Positions 10,746 through 25,400 of a stretch of DNA of 64,000 nucleotides are shown here, in pieces. A program made the position numbers and the translations under genes. Below the pieces are notes generated by a model. It ran no database searches and had not been told where the DNA came from. It worked only from the letters and a program-made list of their open reading frames with translations. How positions within the stretch are numbered: the stretch's first letter is position 1; each line of letters opens with the position of its first letter. This stretch comes from Eledone cirrhosa. Taxonomy: Eukaryota. The stretch lies in assembly GCA_964016885.1 (NCBI GenBank), contig OZ024746.1, positions 17,608,001 to 17,672,000 of the forward strand. The letters are read 5' to 3'.

Positions 10746-13289
10746 AGGAGATGCTATTTGTAACCTATTTACTCAACAGCATAAACAGGAATACTTGTTG
10801 AAAAACGTAAAAAAAGAATGAAGGTCCCTCAGAACCTTAATAATAAATAATTTTTCAAGAAACAACATTTGCATAATTAATATGTAAATTAGCAACTGCC
10901 AATAGTGAAGATATGATGTAATGTCATTGGGAATTAATATGTATATTATGTGCATGTTTATATGTCTTTTATATATATGTGTGTAATAATTGAGAAATTC
11001 AGAAAGCCAGTACAATGTAATAGAAACATATATATGAAGGTGGTATAGGGGTAAAGATTGACAAATAAAAGAAAACAAAATGTTTTTACCCAGTATATTT
11101 CAAGCTTAGAACCAATAAAAGAAGAATGTATTAGTTTCTACTTGCATTTGAAAAATCATGATGAAATATACAGGTAAAAAACATAATTTTGTTATGTTTT
11201 ATTTGTCATCCTTTATCTCAATACCACCTATATATATATGTATGTGTGCATGTGTGTGTACTGGTTTTCTTAAGTTCTCGTCAATTATTACATATCTCAC
11301 AATGATGAACTATACTGCTATATATATATTATATATATATGGATGGATGTTGCATATCTATTATATGTATATATTACATATCTATTGCATGTATATTTAT
11401 ATGTTTATTATATATTTATATGTATATTATACATAAATTTTATGTGTATTCATATGCATATTATATGTTTATTATATATATATATTATGCCTATTATATA
11501 TAGATTTATATACCTATGTCTTATATTTATGTTTATATGGTTATTTATATGTTTCTAAATAAGTAAATATATATATTAATCAACTATTTAAGTTGCTAAA
11601 AATAAAGATGACAAAGATAGCTAGACAAAAATTTAATTATCAGTTCAGTTACAATTTAAAAAAAAAAAGAGAAAACATTTTAAAAGTCCAAATCAATAAA
11701 AAAAATGGTGATATTATTCAAATTTGATTTCATTTCTTGGACTTTGGGGATTAAAAAATATAATTGATATATAAATAAGAATTTCCAAGATTTTTTTTGT
11801 TTCCATAAAGAAAGAAAATAAATAAAATTTTAAATTAGTCATTTTTTATCAAACTTTTTTTTTATCTTGAAATATTTTAAAAGTTGATTTCTAATTTTAA
11901 AGTAATTTCTTTAAAATTACTTTAAAATTAATTTAATTACTCTAAAATTAAACAGGGAATCTATTTTCTGAAATCATTGAAAGAATGTCAGTATAGTATT
12001 ATCAAATATGCTGTTTCCTCAACAATCCTACCCTAGCAATGTTCTGTTCTTACTTTCTCAACATCATTAGTCTATGTACTATAGATGCACTTTTGATGAA
12101 TTGTAGTGCACCTGAGTACTGTACATAATAATATTCATTATTATTTATATCAACTCTACCCTAGGAATGTTTTCCTTTCACTAAACAGAAGACCAATTCT
12201 TTCGGCAGAGGGTGAGAATTGTTAACTGATTTTACCCAATTTAAATCTTTTTGATATCACACCACCTGAAGCCACCCCCGATTCTATTAAACAAATCAAC
12301 CCCTTTTAAAATTGTTTACATGTAAATTAAAAACCTTTTTATCAAATCATTTTATTAGTTTCAGTCATTTGACTGCAACCATGCTATAATTATAAAGTTT
12401 AAAAAAAATCATAATTTTATATACGCTGTGTGCATCTGGTTTAGAATGGTTTTACTATATCCCTGCATGTTGAAGTGACTAAAAGGGTTGGCCCCAGGAA
12501 GGTTTTCTGGTCATAAAACATTGCCTCAAAAAGGACCCCATGATGGGCATGGAGCTTACCATGGGGCCTGTAAGGTTAACTCCTGCTTTAGTAGAGAAAA
12601 TTGCCTTAAAATACTTAACAAAATTATTTCTAAAACCATTCTATTAATAATGGAGAAATTAATTTTGTTATTTGATAAAAATTCTTCCAAATTGTAGATT
12701 ATTTTCAAAATTTATTGAAACAAAGTATATTTCATTAGAAATATGGTCATGAATGCATTAACCCGTTAATGACTAGAGTTTTAATGAAATATGCAGTCTG
12801 CATGTTTCAGTTAATTTTGAAAATAATTGAAAAACTTTTTATAACTTATGTTTGTGTTTGGAACATAACAGAACGTTCTTAGATAAAATTATGTTGGAAA
12901 GTTTTTTATTGAAATATGAACACTTTAAAACAGGCAGTTTTATATTCTAGAACTAAGGGGTGGTGGTATCAAAAGGGGTTTTTATTACTGGACTCTAGAA
13001 GATGAAAGGCAAATGCAAGCTCCGGTGGGATTTGAAGTCAGAGAGAATGGATCAAGGAAGAAACTAAATTCTGTACAGCATTATTGCTGCATCTCCATCA
13101 TAACTAAATGGTTTCTCATGCAGGACACAACACTTGAAGGGACAAACCCATAGGAAGGAGAAATGAAGAGTTATGATGATTTATGGTTTGTGGCTATTTC
13201 TTAAGAGCACCAGAAATATATGAGAAAGCACCACCCCTCCACCTTTCCCAGTGATACCCATCACCAATAATAATAATAATAATAATAAT

Positions 13290-14370
13290 GGTTTCTAATT
13301 TAGGCACAAGGCCAGCAATTTGGTGGGTGGGAGAAATCGACTAAATTGAGCCCAGTACATGACTGGTATTTTATCGACTCTGTGGAAGGATGAAAAGCAA
13401 AGTTGACGTTGGCGGGAATTAATAATTATGATGGTAATGACGATGATGATGATTTCATACATTGGAACAAAGCCACACATTTTGGATGAAGAGAATAGTC
13501 GTGCAATTCGACCCCAGTATGTTACTGGTACACCGGAGGGATGAAAGGCAAAGTTGACATCAGCAGGATTTGAACTCAGGTTGTACAGAAACTTAATTAA
13601 ATACCACAAAGCATTTAGTTGAACACTCTACTGTTTAGTTGAGTACTCTACCATTTAGTTGAACACTCTACTGTTTAGTTGAGTACTCTACCATTTAGTT
13701 GAACACTCTACTGTTTAGTTGAGTACTCTACCATTTAGTTGAACACTCTACTGTTTAGTTGAACTCTCTACCATTTAGTTGAACACTCTACTGTTTAGTT
13801 GAACTCTACCATTTAGTTGAGAACTCTACTCTTTAGCTGAGTACTCTACCATTTAGTTGAGTACTCTACTCTTTAGTTGAACACTCTACTGTTTAGTTGA
13901 ACTCTACCATTTAGTTGAGTACTCTACTCTTTAGCTGAGTACTCTACCATTTAGTTGAGTACTCTACTCTTTAGTTGAACTCTACCATTTAGTTGAGAAC
14001 TCTACTGTTTAGTTGAACACTCTACTGTTTAGTTGAACTCTACCATTTAGTTGAGTACTCTACCGGTTAGTTGAGCGCTCTACCATTTAGTTGAGTACTC
14101 TACCGGTTAGTTGAGCGCTCTACCAGTTAGTTGAGTGCTACCATTTCTGCCATTTAACTGCTCTTTAGTGTAAATAATAATAATAATCATAATAATACTA
14201 ATAATGGTTTCTTATATAGGCACAAGGCCAGCAATTTGGGAGGAGGAGGAAGTCGATTAAATCGACCCAGTGCATTACTGGTACTTTATTTTATCGACCC
14301 CGTAAGGATGAAAGGCAAAGTTAACCTTGGCGGGATTTGAACTCAGAACATAGAGAACTGGAACAACTAA
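13290..14370 (-). mobile_element. SINE family 1 cluster containing an internal minisatellite
   Basis: Three copies; the middle one is expanded by a ~20-bp tandem array. Confidence 0.75.
13613..14145. repeat. Minisatellite, 18-20 bp unit
   Basis: tttagttga(a/g)(c/t)actctac(ca/tg). Confidence 0.95.
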
Positions 14371-14467
14371 TAATAATTATAATAATTATCATTATTATTA
14401 TTTTTAACGATATTTGGAAATGAAGCATTCAGGTTTACAATTTGTCTTAAGAAGTACACAAAGAATG

Positions 14468-15022
14468 ATAATACCAGTTATAACTTAAGGGATGGCAACT
14501 GAAATAATACCAGTTATAACTTGGTTGATGGCAACTGAAATAATACCAGTTATAACTTGGTTGATGGCAACTGAAATAATACCAGTTATAATTTGGGTGA
14601 TGGCAACTGAAATAATACCAGTTATAACTTGGTTGATGGCAACTGAAATAATACCAGTTATAACTTGGGTGATGGCAACTGTAATAATACCAGTTATAAC
14701 TTAAGGGATGGCAACTGAAATAATACCAGTTATAACTTGGGTGATGGCAACTGAAATAATACCAGTTATAACTTGAGTGATGGCAACTGTAATAATACCA
14801 GTTATAACTTAAGGGATGGCAACTGAAATAATACCAGTTATAACTTAAGGGATGGCAACTGAAATAATACCAGTTATAACTTAAGGGATGGCAACTGAAA
14901 TAATACCAGTTATAACTTAAGGGATGGCAACTGAAATAATACCAGTTATAACTTAAGGGATGGCAACTGAAATAATACCAGTTATAACTTGGTGATGGCA
15001 ACTGTAATAATACTAGTTCTAA
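14468..15022. repeat. Minisatellite, 30 bp unit
   Basis: gatggcaactgaaataataccagttataacttaagg, ~18 copies. Confidence 0.95.
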
Positions 15023-15239
15023 CTGGATACCATATAAATTCTGAACTACAGGTAAAGAATCATCTAGACTAGGACTCCAGCGTGCCTGACAGTATAAATC
15101 ATACAGAAGACTACCTTACTGGCCATGGGGCTCCCTATTATAGGGAAGGTACTGATGTAGTCTATCTTAACTGTAGCCTTATAATGTAACCAATGACATC
15201 TATTGTCCTGTCTAACAGCGCACTCACTAATGGGTACAG

Positions 15240-15552
15240 AGACATCTGTTGTCCAAGTTTGGTGTACACCACATCTGTTGTTCAGGTTTAGCATACCCAT
15301 GACATCTGTTGTTCAGGTTTAGCATACCCATGACATCTGTTGTCCAGGCTTGGTGTACACCATGTCATCTGTTGTCCAGGCTTGGTGTACACTTTGAGAT
15401 CTATTCTCCAGTTTTGGTGTACTCTGTGACATCTGCTGTCCAGGTTTGGTGTACAGCATGACATCTGTTGTCTAGGCCTGGAGTAAATCTTGACATCTGT
15501 TGTTCAGTTTAGGTGTACATCTTGACTTCAGTTGTCCAGTTTTGGTGCACAC
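15240..15552. repeat. Degenerate minisatellite, ~31 bp
   Basis: tgacatctgttgtccaggtttggtgtacac variants. Confidence 0.85.
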
Positions 15553-15624
15553 TTACTACTAATTAGACTCAATGAGAAAACCACATAGAAATAAAAAAAA
15601 GGGGGGAAAAAGGGGGGGGGGGGT

Positions 15625-17050
15625 ATTTCTAAACCTGGCACAGGGCCCCCACATTTGTTTTTGTGGGGATGGGGTGTTAAGAAGTACATTTAAGTTATCT
15701 ATAAATCCCAGCACTTTACTCACTGGTACTTATTTTATCGGACCCTAGGAGGGATATGAATGGCAAAGTCAACCGTGGCAGGATTTGAACTCAGAATGTA
15801 AAAGGACATAACTAAATACTACAAGGCATTTCCTCCGGCACTCTACCGATTCTGCCATTTACAAAAATAATGCAAAAAAAAAAAGCAAAAAAAAAAAAAC
15901 AAATGACAAAACAATAATGATAAAATGATGATGATGATGATGGAGACAACAACAATGATGAAGACGATGATGATGATAATGTAGACGAGGATGATGGCAA
16001 TGATGATGGTTTGTTTGGGCTAAGTACAAGGCCAATGTTTGTCTACAGGGATGGAGTGTGATTGTTTGGATCATTTTCAACTTAATGCTGGATTATATTT
16101 GACCAAAATTGAAATTATGTTCCAGAAAATATTTGAAAAAAAAATACAAAAAATACAAAAAAACCTCAGAACACTGAGACCAAAGCTGTGTTAATGCTTT
16201 TTAGATGAACATTATAATGACTGGGCCTTCAACACCAACATCAACACAATAATATTTATAATAATAATGATTTCTTACATAGGCACAAGGCCAGAAAAAC
16301 ATTTTTTTTAAGGAGCTGGAGAGCAGGGAGCTGGGTAATGTTGATTAAATTTGTTCCCCAGTATTTCATTGGTACTCTATTTTATTGATTTACCTGGAAA
16401 GATAAAAAGCAAAGTTGACCTCGGCAGGATTTGATCTTAAAGAGACTTAACAGCTACTACAAGGCAGTTTGTCTGATGCACTAACCCCTAACAATACCTG
16501 TTGATTAAATCAACCCCAGAATATTGCTGGTATTCATTTTATACTTTTATTGAACCCTGGAAAGATGAAAGGCAACGCTGACCTTGGTGGGATTCGAACT
16601 CAGATCATAAAGGGGGGGAGGGGGTAAGCTAAATAGTATAAAGTATTCTGTCCAAAGGTCTACTGATTCTGTTGAATCTATCCAATAATAATAATAATTG
16701 TTTCTACTTTTGGCACAAGGCCAGCAATTTGAAGGGAAGAGGAAAGACGATTAAATCAGCCCCAGTGCATGACTGGTACTTTATTTTATCAACCCTGAAA
16801 GGATGAAAGGTAAAGTCAACCTTGGCAGGATTTGAACTCAGAACGCAAAGAGCTGTAATTAAATGCTGTAAAGTATTTTGTTTGACTCTCTACCAACTCT
16901 GCCAATCCACCACCCTACTTTCTGATTTACACAGAATGCCATCAGTTTGGGATGAGGAAGAGGAATTTTCAATTACATCAACCACAGTATGTGACTGGTA
17001 CTTTATTTTATTGTCTTCTAAAGGATGAAAGGCAAAGTAGAACTTAGAAT
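15625..17050 (-). mobile_element. Head-to-tail cluster of SINE family 1 copies
   Basis: About five copies or fragments in the same orientation. Confidence 0.75.
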
Positions 17051-18131
17051 GTTGGCACATGGCCTAACATTTAAAAAAAAGTGATTTGATGGTGGGGGGA
17101 GGGTGTTGGTGAAGGGTGGAAAAGGTGGGTGGAGCGTTAAAGGGTGTTGGTGGTGGGTGGAGGGTGCTGATGGTGGGTGGAGTGGGTGGTTGAGTTAATT
17201 CCCTTGACTGTTATTTATATCTTATCAGGCACACTCCCTCACTCAAAAGATGAAAGGAAAAATTTTTTTTTTACTTCAGGTGGGATCTGTAAATGTAAAA
17301 AGTTCATTAAACTAAATTATAAAAAAACATTTCTACCAGCTTCTGCTCTCTTACCAATTCTGACCACCACTCTCAAAAACAATATAGATAAATAAAATTA
17401 AAAAAAATTTAATTAATGATAATAAACTTGCAACATAGGCCAATGAAGCCATAAGGGAAAGAAGATACGGAAGTGGGGACAATCATGCCTCTCTTTTTTT
17501 TTAAATTCATTATTAATTTATTTTTGTTTTGTTTTGCGAAGATATTGGAAAGGCTAAAATGAAGTGAAGGGATTCCATGCTGGAACTCAATCACTTTCTA
17601 AAGAATTTGTTGTTGCTCAATAGCACCTGTGAATAATAATAATAATGACAATAAGGATAAGAAATAATAATAATAATTATGACAAGAATGATAATAGTAA
17701 AAGAAATAATAATGATAATAATAATAATAATAATAGTAGTAGTAATTGTGGTAATAATGTTACCTAAAGGTTTGGTCCAGGACAACACATTTGCAAGGGA
17801 GAGGGGGGGGGGGGGGGACAGGGAATGAGGAGGGCTATAGTCGATTATATTGAGTTGACCAACCCATTGATATAGCTGGTACTTATGTAATCAAGCCCAG
17901 GGCGTAGTTAAACTCATAAAATGTAAAAAAGGGGGGTAACTAAATACCACAAAGCATCAAATGCAAATAATAATAATAATAGTAATAATAGAAGAAGAAG
18001 AAGAAGAAGAAGAAGAAGAAGAAGAAGAAGAAGAAGGGGGAGGGAAGAAGAAGAAGAAGAAGACGAAGGAGGAGGAGAAGAAAAAGGAGAAGAAGAAGGA
18101 GGAGGAGGAGGGGAAGAAGAAGAAGAAGAAG

Positions 18132-18162
<31 letters not shown>

Positions 18163-18339
18163 TTATGATGTCCCAGAATTGTATAAAAAAACTTGTCAAA
18201 ATGACCAATTCAAGAGACATGACTGACAGATGCCATGTGACTTTGAGATATATGTAAAAATATTATAGTTTATACGAAGTGTTGTGAAATATATGGCTAG
18301 GATTGTTTGGTGGAAAGCTGGTATAATGGAAGTCAGAAA

Positions 18340-18625
18340 TACAGGAGTAAAACTAGAACAGAGTACAGAAAAATAATTAAAACAAAACAATAGTTTATTC
18401 TGTTGTCTTATATTTTATGATATTTCCTGGTTAGGATACCCTTTTCAAAAGAAAGAAAATGGAATATGATGGTGATGACAGCTTGTCACTACCATCATAT
18501 TATTCCATTTTCTTTCTTTTGAAAAAGGTGTCATAACATTGAAATGCCATGAAACATAAGGTAAAAGGGTAAACTATTGTTTGTGTTTTGTCTGTCTTAT
18601 ATCACTCTGTTTTCACTCCTTTATT
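18340..18625. repeat. Old diverged fold-back
   Basis: Inner arms ttttcaaaagaaagaaaatggaatatgatggtgatgaca / tgtcactaccatcatattattccattttctttcttttgaaaa; weaker outer similarity. Confidence 0.6.
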
Positions 18626-19337
18626 TCTCGTTTGCATTGTGTCAGATTTCCCCAAATAACCCTAACCACATATGGAAAAATGATTAAAAAAACAACAAAA
18701 ATGCATATTTGTGAACCAATTAAGCATATTAATTAATTGATTAATTAATTAATATATATGAAAGCGTCTATTACATAATATCGTAATGTTGGTGAAAAAA
18801 CTGTTATTTGAATTGTTATATAATACAAATGAAATGTTTTATAATAAATGAAGTTTTTAAAAAAATAATAAAACATTGCATGAAATTTTTTCAAAATGTT
18901 TTGTTTTTTCTGTTGTTTGTTTGATTGTTTGTTTGTTGTTTTTTTTTTTATTAATTTTCTCACACAAGTTATTATTATGTAATAACCTAATGATGAGAAA
19001 AAAACCTATATCTTCGTTTGATAATTGATATATGTAATACTAAATAACAAAAACATATGATATCAGTGTTTGATCATTATTGTCATTATGTAATAACTAA
19101 TCAGATAACATTACATTTGATCATTACTGTTATTACATAATAACCTAATGATGAGACAATATGATATCATTATTTAATCATTATTGTTATTATGTAATAA
19201 CTTAATGAGATTCAAATTATATTTTCATTTTCATCAATGTTATATGTAATTACTTAACAAGATTATACTGTTTCCATTATTATTATTACTATAGATAATT
19301 ACTTAATGACATGAAATTGTCTTCATTTTATTGTCAT

Positions 19338-20087
<750 letters not shown>

Positions 20088-20195
20088 ATTACTTAATAAT
20101 AAGATAAGATTATTTCTTTTTTTTTTGTTTGTTTTCCAGACACTTTTCTACATAAAATATAAAGCTTGTTCATATCTCTGTTTTGATCACTAAGA

Positions 20196-20259
<64 letters not shown>

Positions 20260-20260
<1 letters not shown>

Positions 20261-21004
20261 TTGCTAACATGGGCACAAGGCCAGTAATTTTGAAGGGGTG
20301 GGATGGGGAACAGTCAAATATATCGACCACAGTATTTGACTGCAGTGGGATTTGTAAATGTAAAAAGCTGGAAAACTTATACTGCAAGGTATTCTCTTCA
20401 GTGCTCTCCAATAATGATAATAATAATAATTGTTTCTACTTTAGGCACAAGGCCAGCAATTACCCAGTGCATTACTGGTACTTTATTTTATCGACCCCGT
20501 AAGGATGAAAGGCAAAGTCAACCTCGGCGGGATTTGAACTCAGATCGTAAAGGGACGTAACTATGCTGGAAAGCATGGCACCCGACCCTCTACCGATACT
20601 GCCAATTCACCGCCCTAATAATAGTAATGTTGATTATATAATACTAATATCGATTATATAATAATATTGATTATATAATAACAACATCGAGTACATAATA
20701 ATAATATCTATTATATAATAATGATAAATAATAAAAATATAGATTATATAATAATAATAATAATGATAATAGTAATAATGGTTTCTTCTATAGGCACAGG
20801 GCCAGCAATTTTGAGGGAGGGGAAAGTCAATTAAATCTACTCCAGTGGGTTACTGGTACTTTATTTTATTGACCCCATAAGGAAAGTTAACCTTCGTGGG
20901 ATTTGAACTCAGAACGTAAAGGATGTCATAAATACTGTAAAGCATTTTGTCCAACACCTTCAAGAAACTGCCAATCAACTGCCCTCAATATTCATCATAA
21001 TTGA

Positions 21005-21046
<42 letters not shown>

Positions 21047-21277
21047 AATAATAATAATAATAATGGTTTGTTATATAGGCACAAGGCCAGCAATTTTGGA
21101 AGAGGGGAAAGTCGATTAAATCGACCCCAGTACATTACTGGTGCTTTATTTTATCGATCCCGTAAGGATAAAAGGCAAAGCTAACCTCAGCAGGATTTGA
21201 AATCAGAACGTAACGGGCTGTAACTCCATTAAGTATGGTATCAGACTCTCTACCAATACTGCCAATCCACTGCCCTA
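20260..21277 (-). mobile_element. Head-to-tail cluster of four SINE family 1 copies in (AAT)n
   Basis: Copies at ~20260, 20430-20615, 20780-20985, 21065-21277. Confidence 0.85.
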
Positions 21278-21468
21278 TGTAATAGTAATAATAATAATGT
21301 TGTCGATGATGATAATAATTTATAAATCTAAGAGTGTGGTAGCAAGTGTCTACTACTTCCTTGTTTCTTTAAGCTTTCCCCTTGCCCAACGTATGGTTCA
21401 GTTCAGATGAGGTAAGAAACTATTACATATGTACATTAAAGCAGGACATATTTTCAGGTTTGGTCCAT

Positions 21469-21540
21469 TTATACATTTCCATAAGCTTGGAATCGGTCGA
21501 TGTATTCCATGACAGCTGTGTGGCAAAACTTAAATTGGTC
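21469..21540 (-). CDS. RPTP terminal coding exon
   Basis: ttccag|[23 protein letters not shown]; typical last PTP helix (xQYxFCY-like). Confidence 0.9.
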   Translation of the reverse strand, partial: DQFKFCHTAVMEYIDRFQAYGNV

Positions 21541-22428
21541 CTGGAAATAGAAAAAAAAAAAATTAAATTAAAAAAGAAAATTAAAAATAGAAGTAAAAAT
21601 AAAAACAAACTGTAAAGAAAATTTGAGTAAGGGGATAAAGATGGAATAGACGCACTGTATGTCCTTCAGTAGACTAAACCCTATGCGTAAGATGGCGCTG
21701 CCACAACCACGTTGACCATCCACTGGACATAGAAATATCATTCCTTGAAGCAAATCGGCCTAGTACTTCAAAAGTTAAAAGAAGCCTAGTATTTGTACAC
21801 AGACAGATACACACACAAAATCGATTTTTCGGCCCCAATATCGTTTTTGTTCAAAACCTGCTCTGGTATATAAGCAACATGTGTGTCAAATTTGGTTGAA
21901 ATCGGCCTAGTACTTCAAAAGTTAAAAGGAGCCTAGTATTTGTACACAGACAGACACACACACACAGACCAACTTGCTTTTATATATATAGATATACATA
22001 TAAATTTTGAGTATATGTTGGTTGTTTACCGACACCTCAGTATGCAGATTGGAGCACTCGACGAAGTACGCAGGTTGGTTTGTTTACTCCGGAGTAATGT
22101 AAAATAAAATAAGTAACTCAAATATGTAAAATTTGGCTTTGTTTATTATAAATTCTCTGCTATATATATTTCGGTGACAGCTATTATTGGCTGTGACCTC
22201 TTCAGGCAGTCCGAATTGGTGTGGAAAAGACAGGTACACATGTTGTTGAAGTGTGTTCCACTCTGTCAATACATCGATATGTTCAGCTCAACACACCCAG
22301 GAGCTGGACATATCGATGTATTGACAGAGTGGAACACACTTCAACAACATGTGTACCTGTCTTTTCCACACCAATTCGGATTGCCTGAAGAGGTCACAGT
22401 CAATAATAGCTGTCACCGAAATATAATA

Positions 22429-22480
<52 letters not shown>

Positions 22481-25400
22481 CATATACATACATATACATA
22501 TAGATATATATACATATACATACATATATATATATATATACATAATATACATATATATATCCATATATATATATATATCAGCATCATCATTTTACGTCCG
22601 CTTTTCCCTGCTTGCAAGAGTGGGACGAGTCCTCTTCAACACAACATCTCCATTTATCACAGTCCTTCGTCATCTCCTCTGTGAGCTTCAACAATCTCTA
22701 TATATATATACACGTTATATACTTTGACCATGGTAGTTCGTGTTTTCTTTTCTTCGAGATTTGAAATAGTTGTATAGGATTATCATCATTCATCATCATT
22801 TCATTTTACGTCCGCTTTTCCCTGCTTGCAAGGGTGGGATAGGAACTGATTCTGGCTTGATTTCTGGCTTCATTTACAGTGAGTGGTGGGTGCTTTTTTG
22901 CCGTGGCACCTCCACGACCACTTTGCAGTGGAATGATAGGGGCCCAAGTCCCTATTATCTCATTTCTACAGCTGAGTAAACTGGAGCAATGTGAAATAAA
23001 GTGTCTTGCTCAAGGAAACAACACATCACCCGGTCTGAGAATTGAACTCACAACCTTTCGATTGCAAGGCCAATGCTCTAACCACTAAGCCATGTTCCTC
23101 CATAGTATAGGTATAATAACTAATGCAACATATTTAAAAATTCTGATTGCTTTTTTCCTGTTATATGTATTGCATTATATAACTATTTTGTTTTTCTGTT
23201 ATATTCTTCTATAAGTGTAATCTGGGATGGGTTTTTTTCAAATCTAACTTCCATTGAGCTTTTATAGAATAACTAAATCAAAATGTTATTTTTATTTTGA
23301 TATATATATATATATAGGGTGGGTAAAATTCCCGAGATCCATGGATGAGTTCTCTCCAGCAGTCTCTGTCCCTCATCATCGCTGCCATGTCCTGCGTCTC
23401 CAAGAGACCGGTGTCTGTCCTTAGGGCATCAACATATGTCAACCCCAGTCTCCCTCTTCTATACATATATATCCTCATCATCATTGTTTAACGTCCATTT
23501 TCCATGCTAGCATGGGTAGGACGGGCAGTCCCTTTCTGAGAGATCTGGTTGGAGAACCATGTATCGCTCATGCAGGGCTGATTTTGGCCTGGTTTCTATG
23601 GCTGGATGCCCTTCCTAACGACAACCGCATTTACAGTGTGTGATGGGTGCTTTTGGTCATGTCGCCATCACGACCACTTTATAGCAGGGGCTGGGTACTT
23701 TTTGTCGAGTCGCCATCATGACTACTTTACAGTGTGGGTTGGAGGCTTCACTGGATATATACTTCAGTTTGTCCTATATATATATATATATGCACACACA
23801 CACACACATGTACGTACACACACACACACATGTACACATACGCAAACACACACACACATATATATATATATATAAACCCTCACCTCTGTATAACCCTATT
23901 TATAAACCTCTATAAAATAGAATCCCACAGTTTAACACTCATTCATGTCCCCATTCAGACTGGTTTCCTAGTAACAAGATCAATCAGAATACTTGATGTC
24001 ATTAACCTGTTTCTGATGTCTTTGTAAATAATTGTTGATAATGTCCCTGTATTTCATCTTTGTTGTTATTTAGCAGTCTCTATAAGGGTTTAACAGGGAT
24101 TAGAAGAATGGTTTAATGGACTAGAAGAGGGGTTTTAAGAGGGTATAGCGAAAAGGCGAATGAGAGAGAGGGAACTGAAAGTTCTTCGTTTTATAGGGTT
24201 CTGCCGGAAGTGATAAAAAGGGTTCTATCACCCAAACGGGAAGCAACTCCAACTACTTCCCGTCTAGAGAGCGTTACTCCATTGGTGATGTGAGTGTCAC
24301 AAGGGAGGCAACTCCTGCTACTAGGGACTAAACGAAGGGTCTAACTGGGCCTAGAGGAAGGGTTTAAGAGGGATTATAGGAGGGGTTTAAGAGGGACTAG
24401 ATGAGGGGTTTAACAGGGACCATAAGGAGCACCAGCCTTAGAAACTCTGGAAAAGATCATGAGTACTTCTCTGCCATCATCTCTGACTAAACACGAAAAA
24501 AAGAAATAAAACAACATTATTCGAATAGTTGTCCTTCCTTATTTAAGACAATGGAATGTGATTTGAAAGAGAACTTAGCTGCTATTTCTTACAAGTTGAG
24601 GGAGCATGTATTGCATGTTGGAGCATCTATTGTACTTGGGAGCATATTTTGTATGTGATGGTGCACCTATTGTATGTGGTGGTGCATCTATTGTATGTGG
24701 TGGTGCACCTATTGTATGTGGTGATGCACCTATTGTAAGTGGTGGTGCATCTATTGTATGTGGTGGTGCACCTATTGTATGTGGTGGTGCACCTATTGTA
24801 TGTGGTGGTGCATCTATTGTATGTGGTGGTGCACCTATTGTATGTGGTGGTGCACCTATTGTATGTGGTGGTGCATCTATTGTATGTGGTGGTGCACCTA
24901 TTGTATGTGGTGGTGCATCTATTGTATGTGGTGGTGCACCTATTGTATGTGGTGGTGCATCTATTGTATGTGATGGTGTATCTATTGTATGTGGTGGTGT
25001 ATCTATTGTATGTGGTGGTGCACCTATTGTATGTGGTGGTGCATCTATTGTATGTGGTGGTGCACCTATTGTATGTGGTGGTGTATCTATTGTATGTGGT
25101 GGTGCACCTATTGTAAGTGGTGGTGCATCTATTGTATGTGGTGGTGCACCTATTGTATGTGGTGGTGCACCTATTGTATGTGGTGGTGCATCTATTGTAT
25201 GTGGTGGTGCACCTATTGTATGTGGTGGTGCACCTATTGTATGTGGTGGTGCATCTATTGTATGTGGTGGTGCACCTATTGTATGTGGTGGTGCATCTAT
25301 TGTATGTGGTGGTGCATCTATTGTATGTGATGGTGTATCTATTGTATGTGATGGTGCATCTATTGTATGTGGTGGTGCACCTATTGTATGTGGTGGTGCA

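Noticed and set aside
14447-15001. SYNWYYFSCHP repeat protein
   Set aside because: Translation of a 30-bp minisatellite
17961-18257. Poly-E/K ORF
   Set aside because: (GAA)n microsatellite
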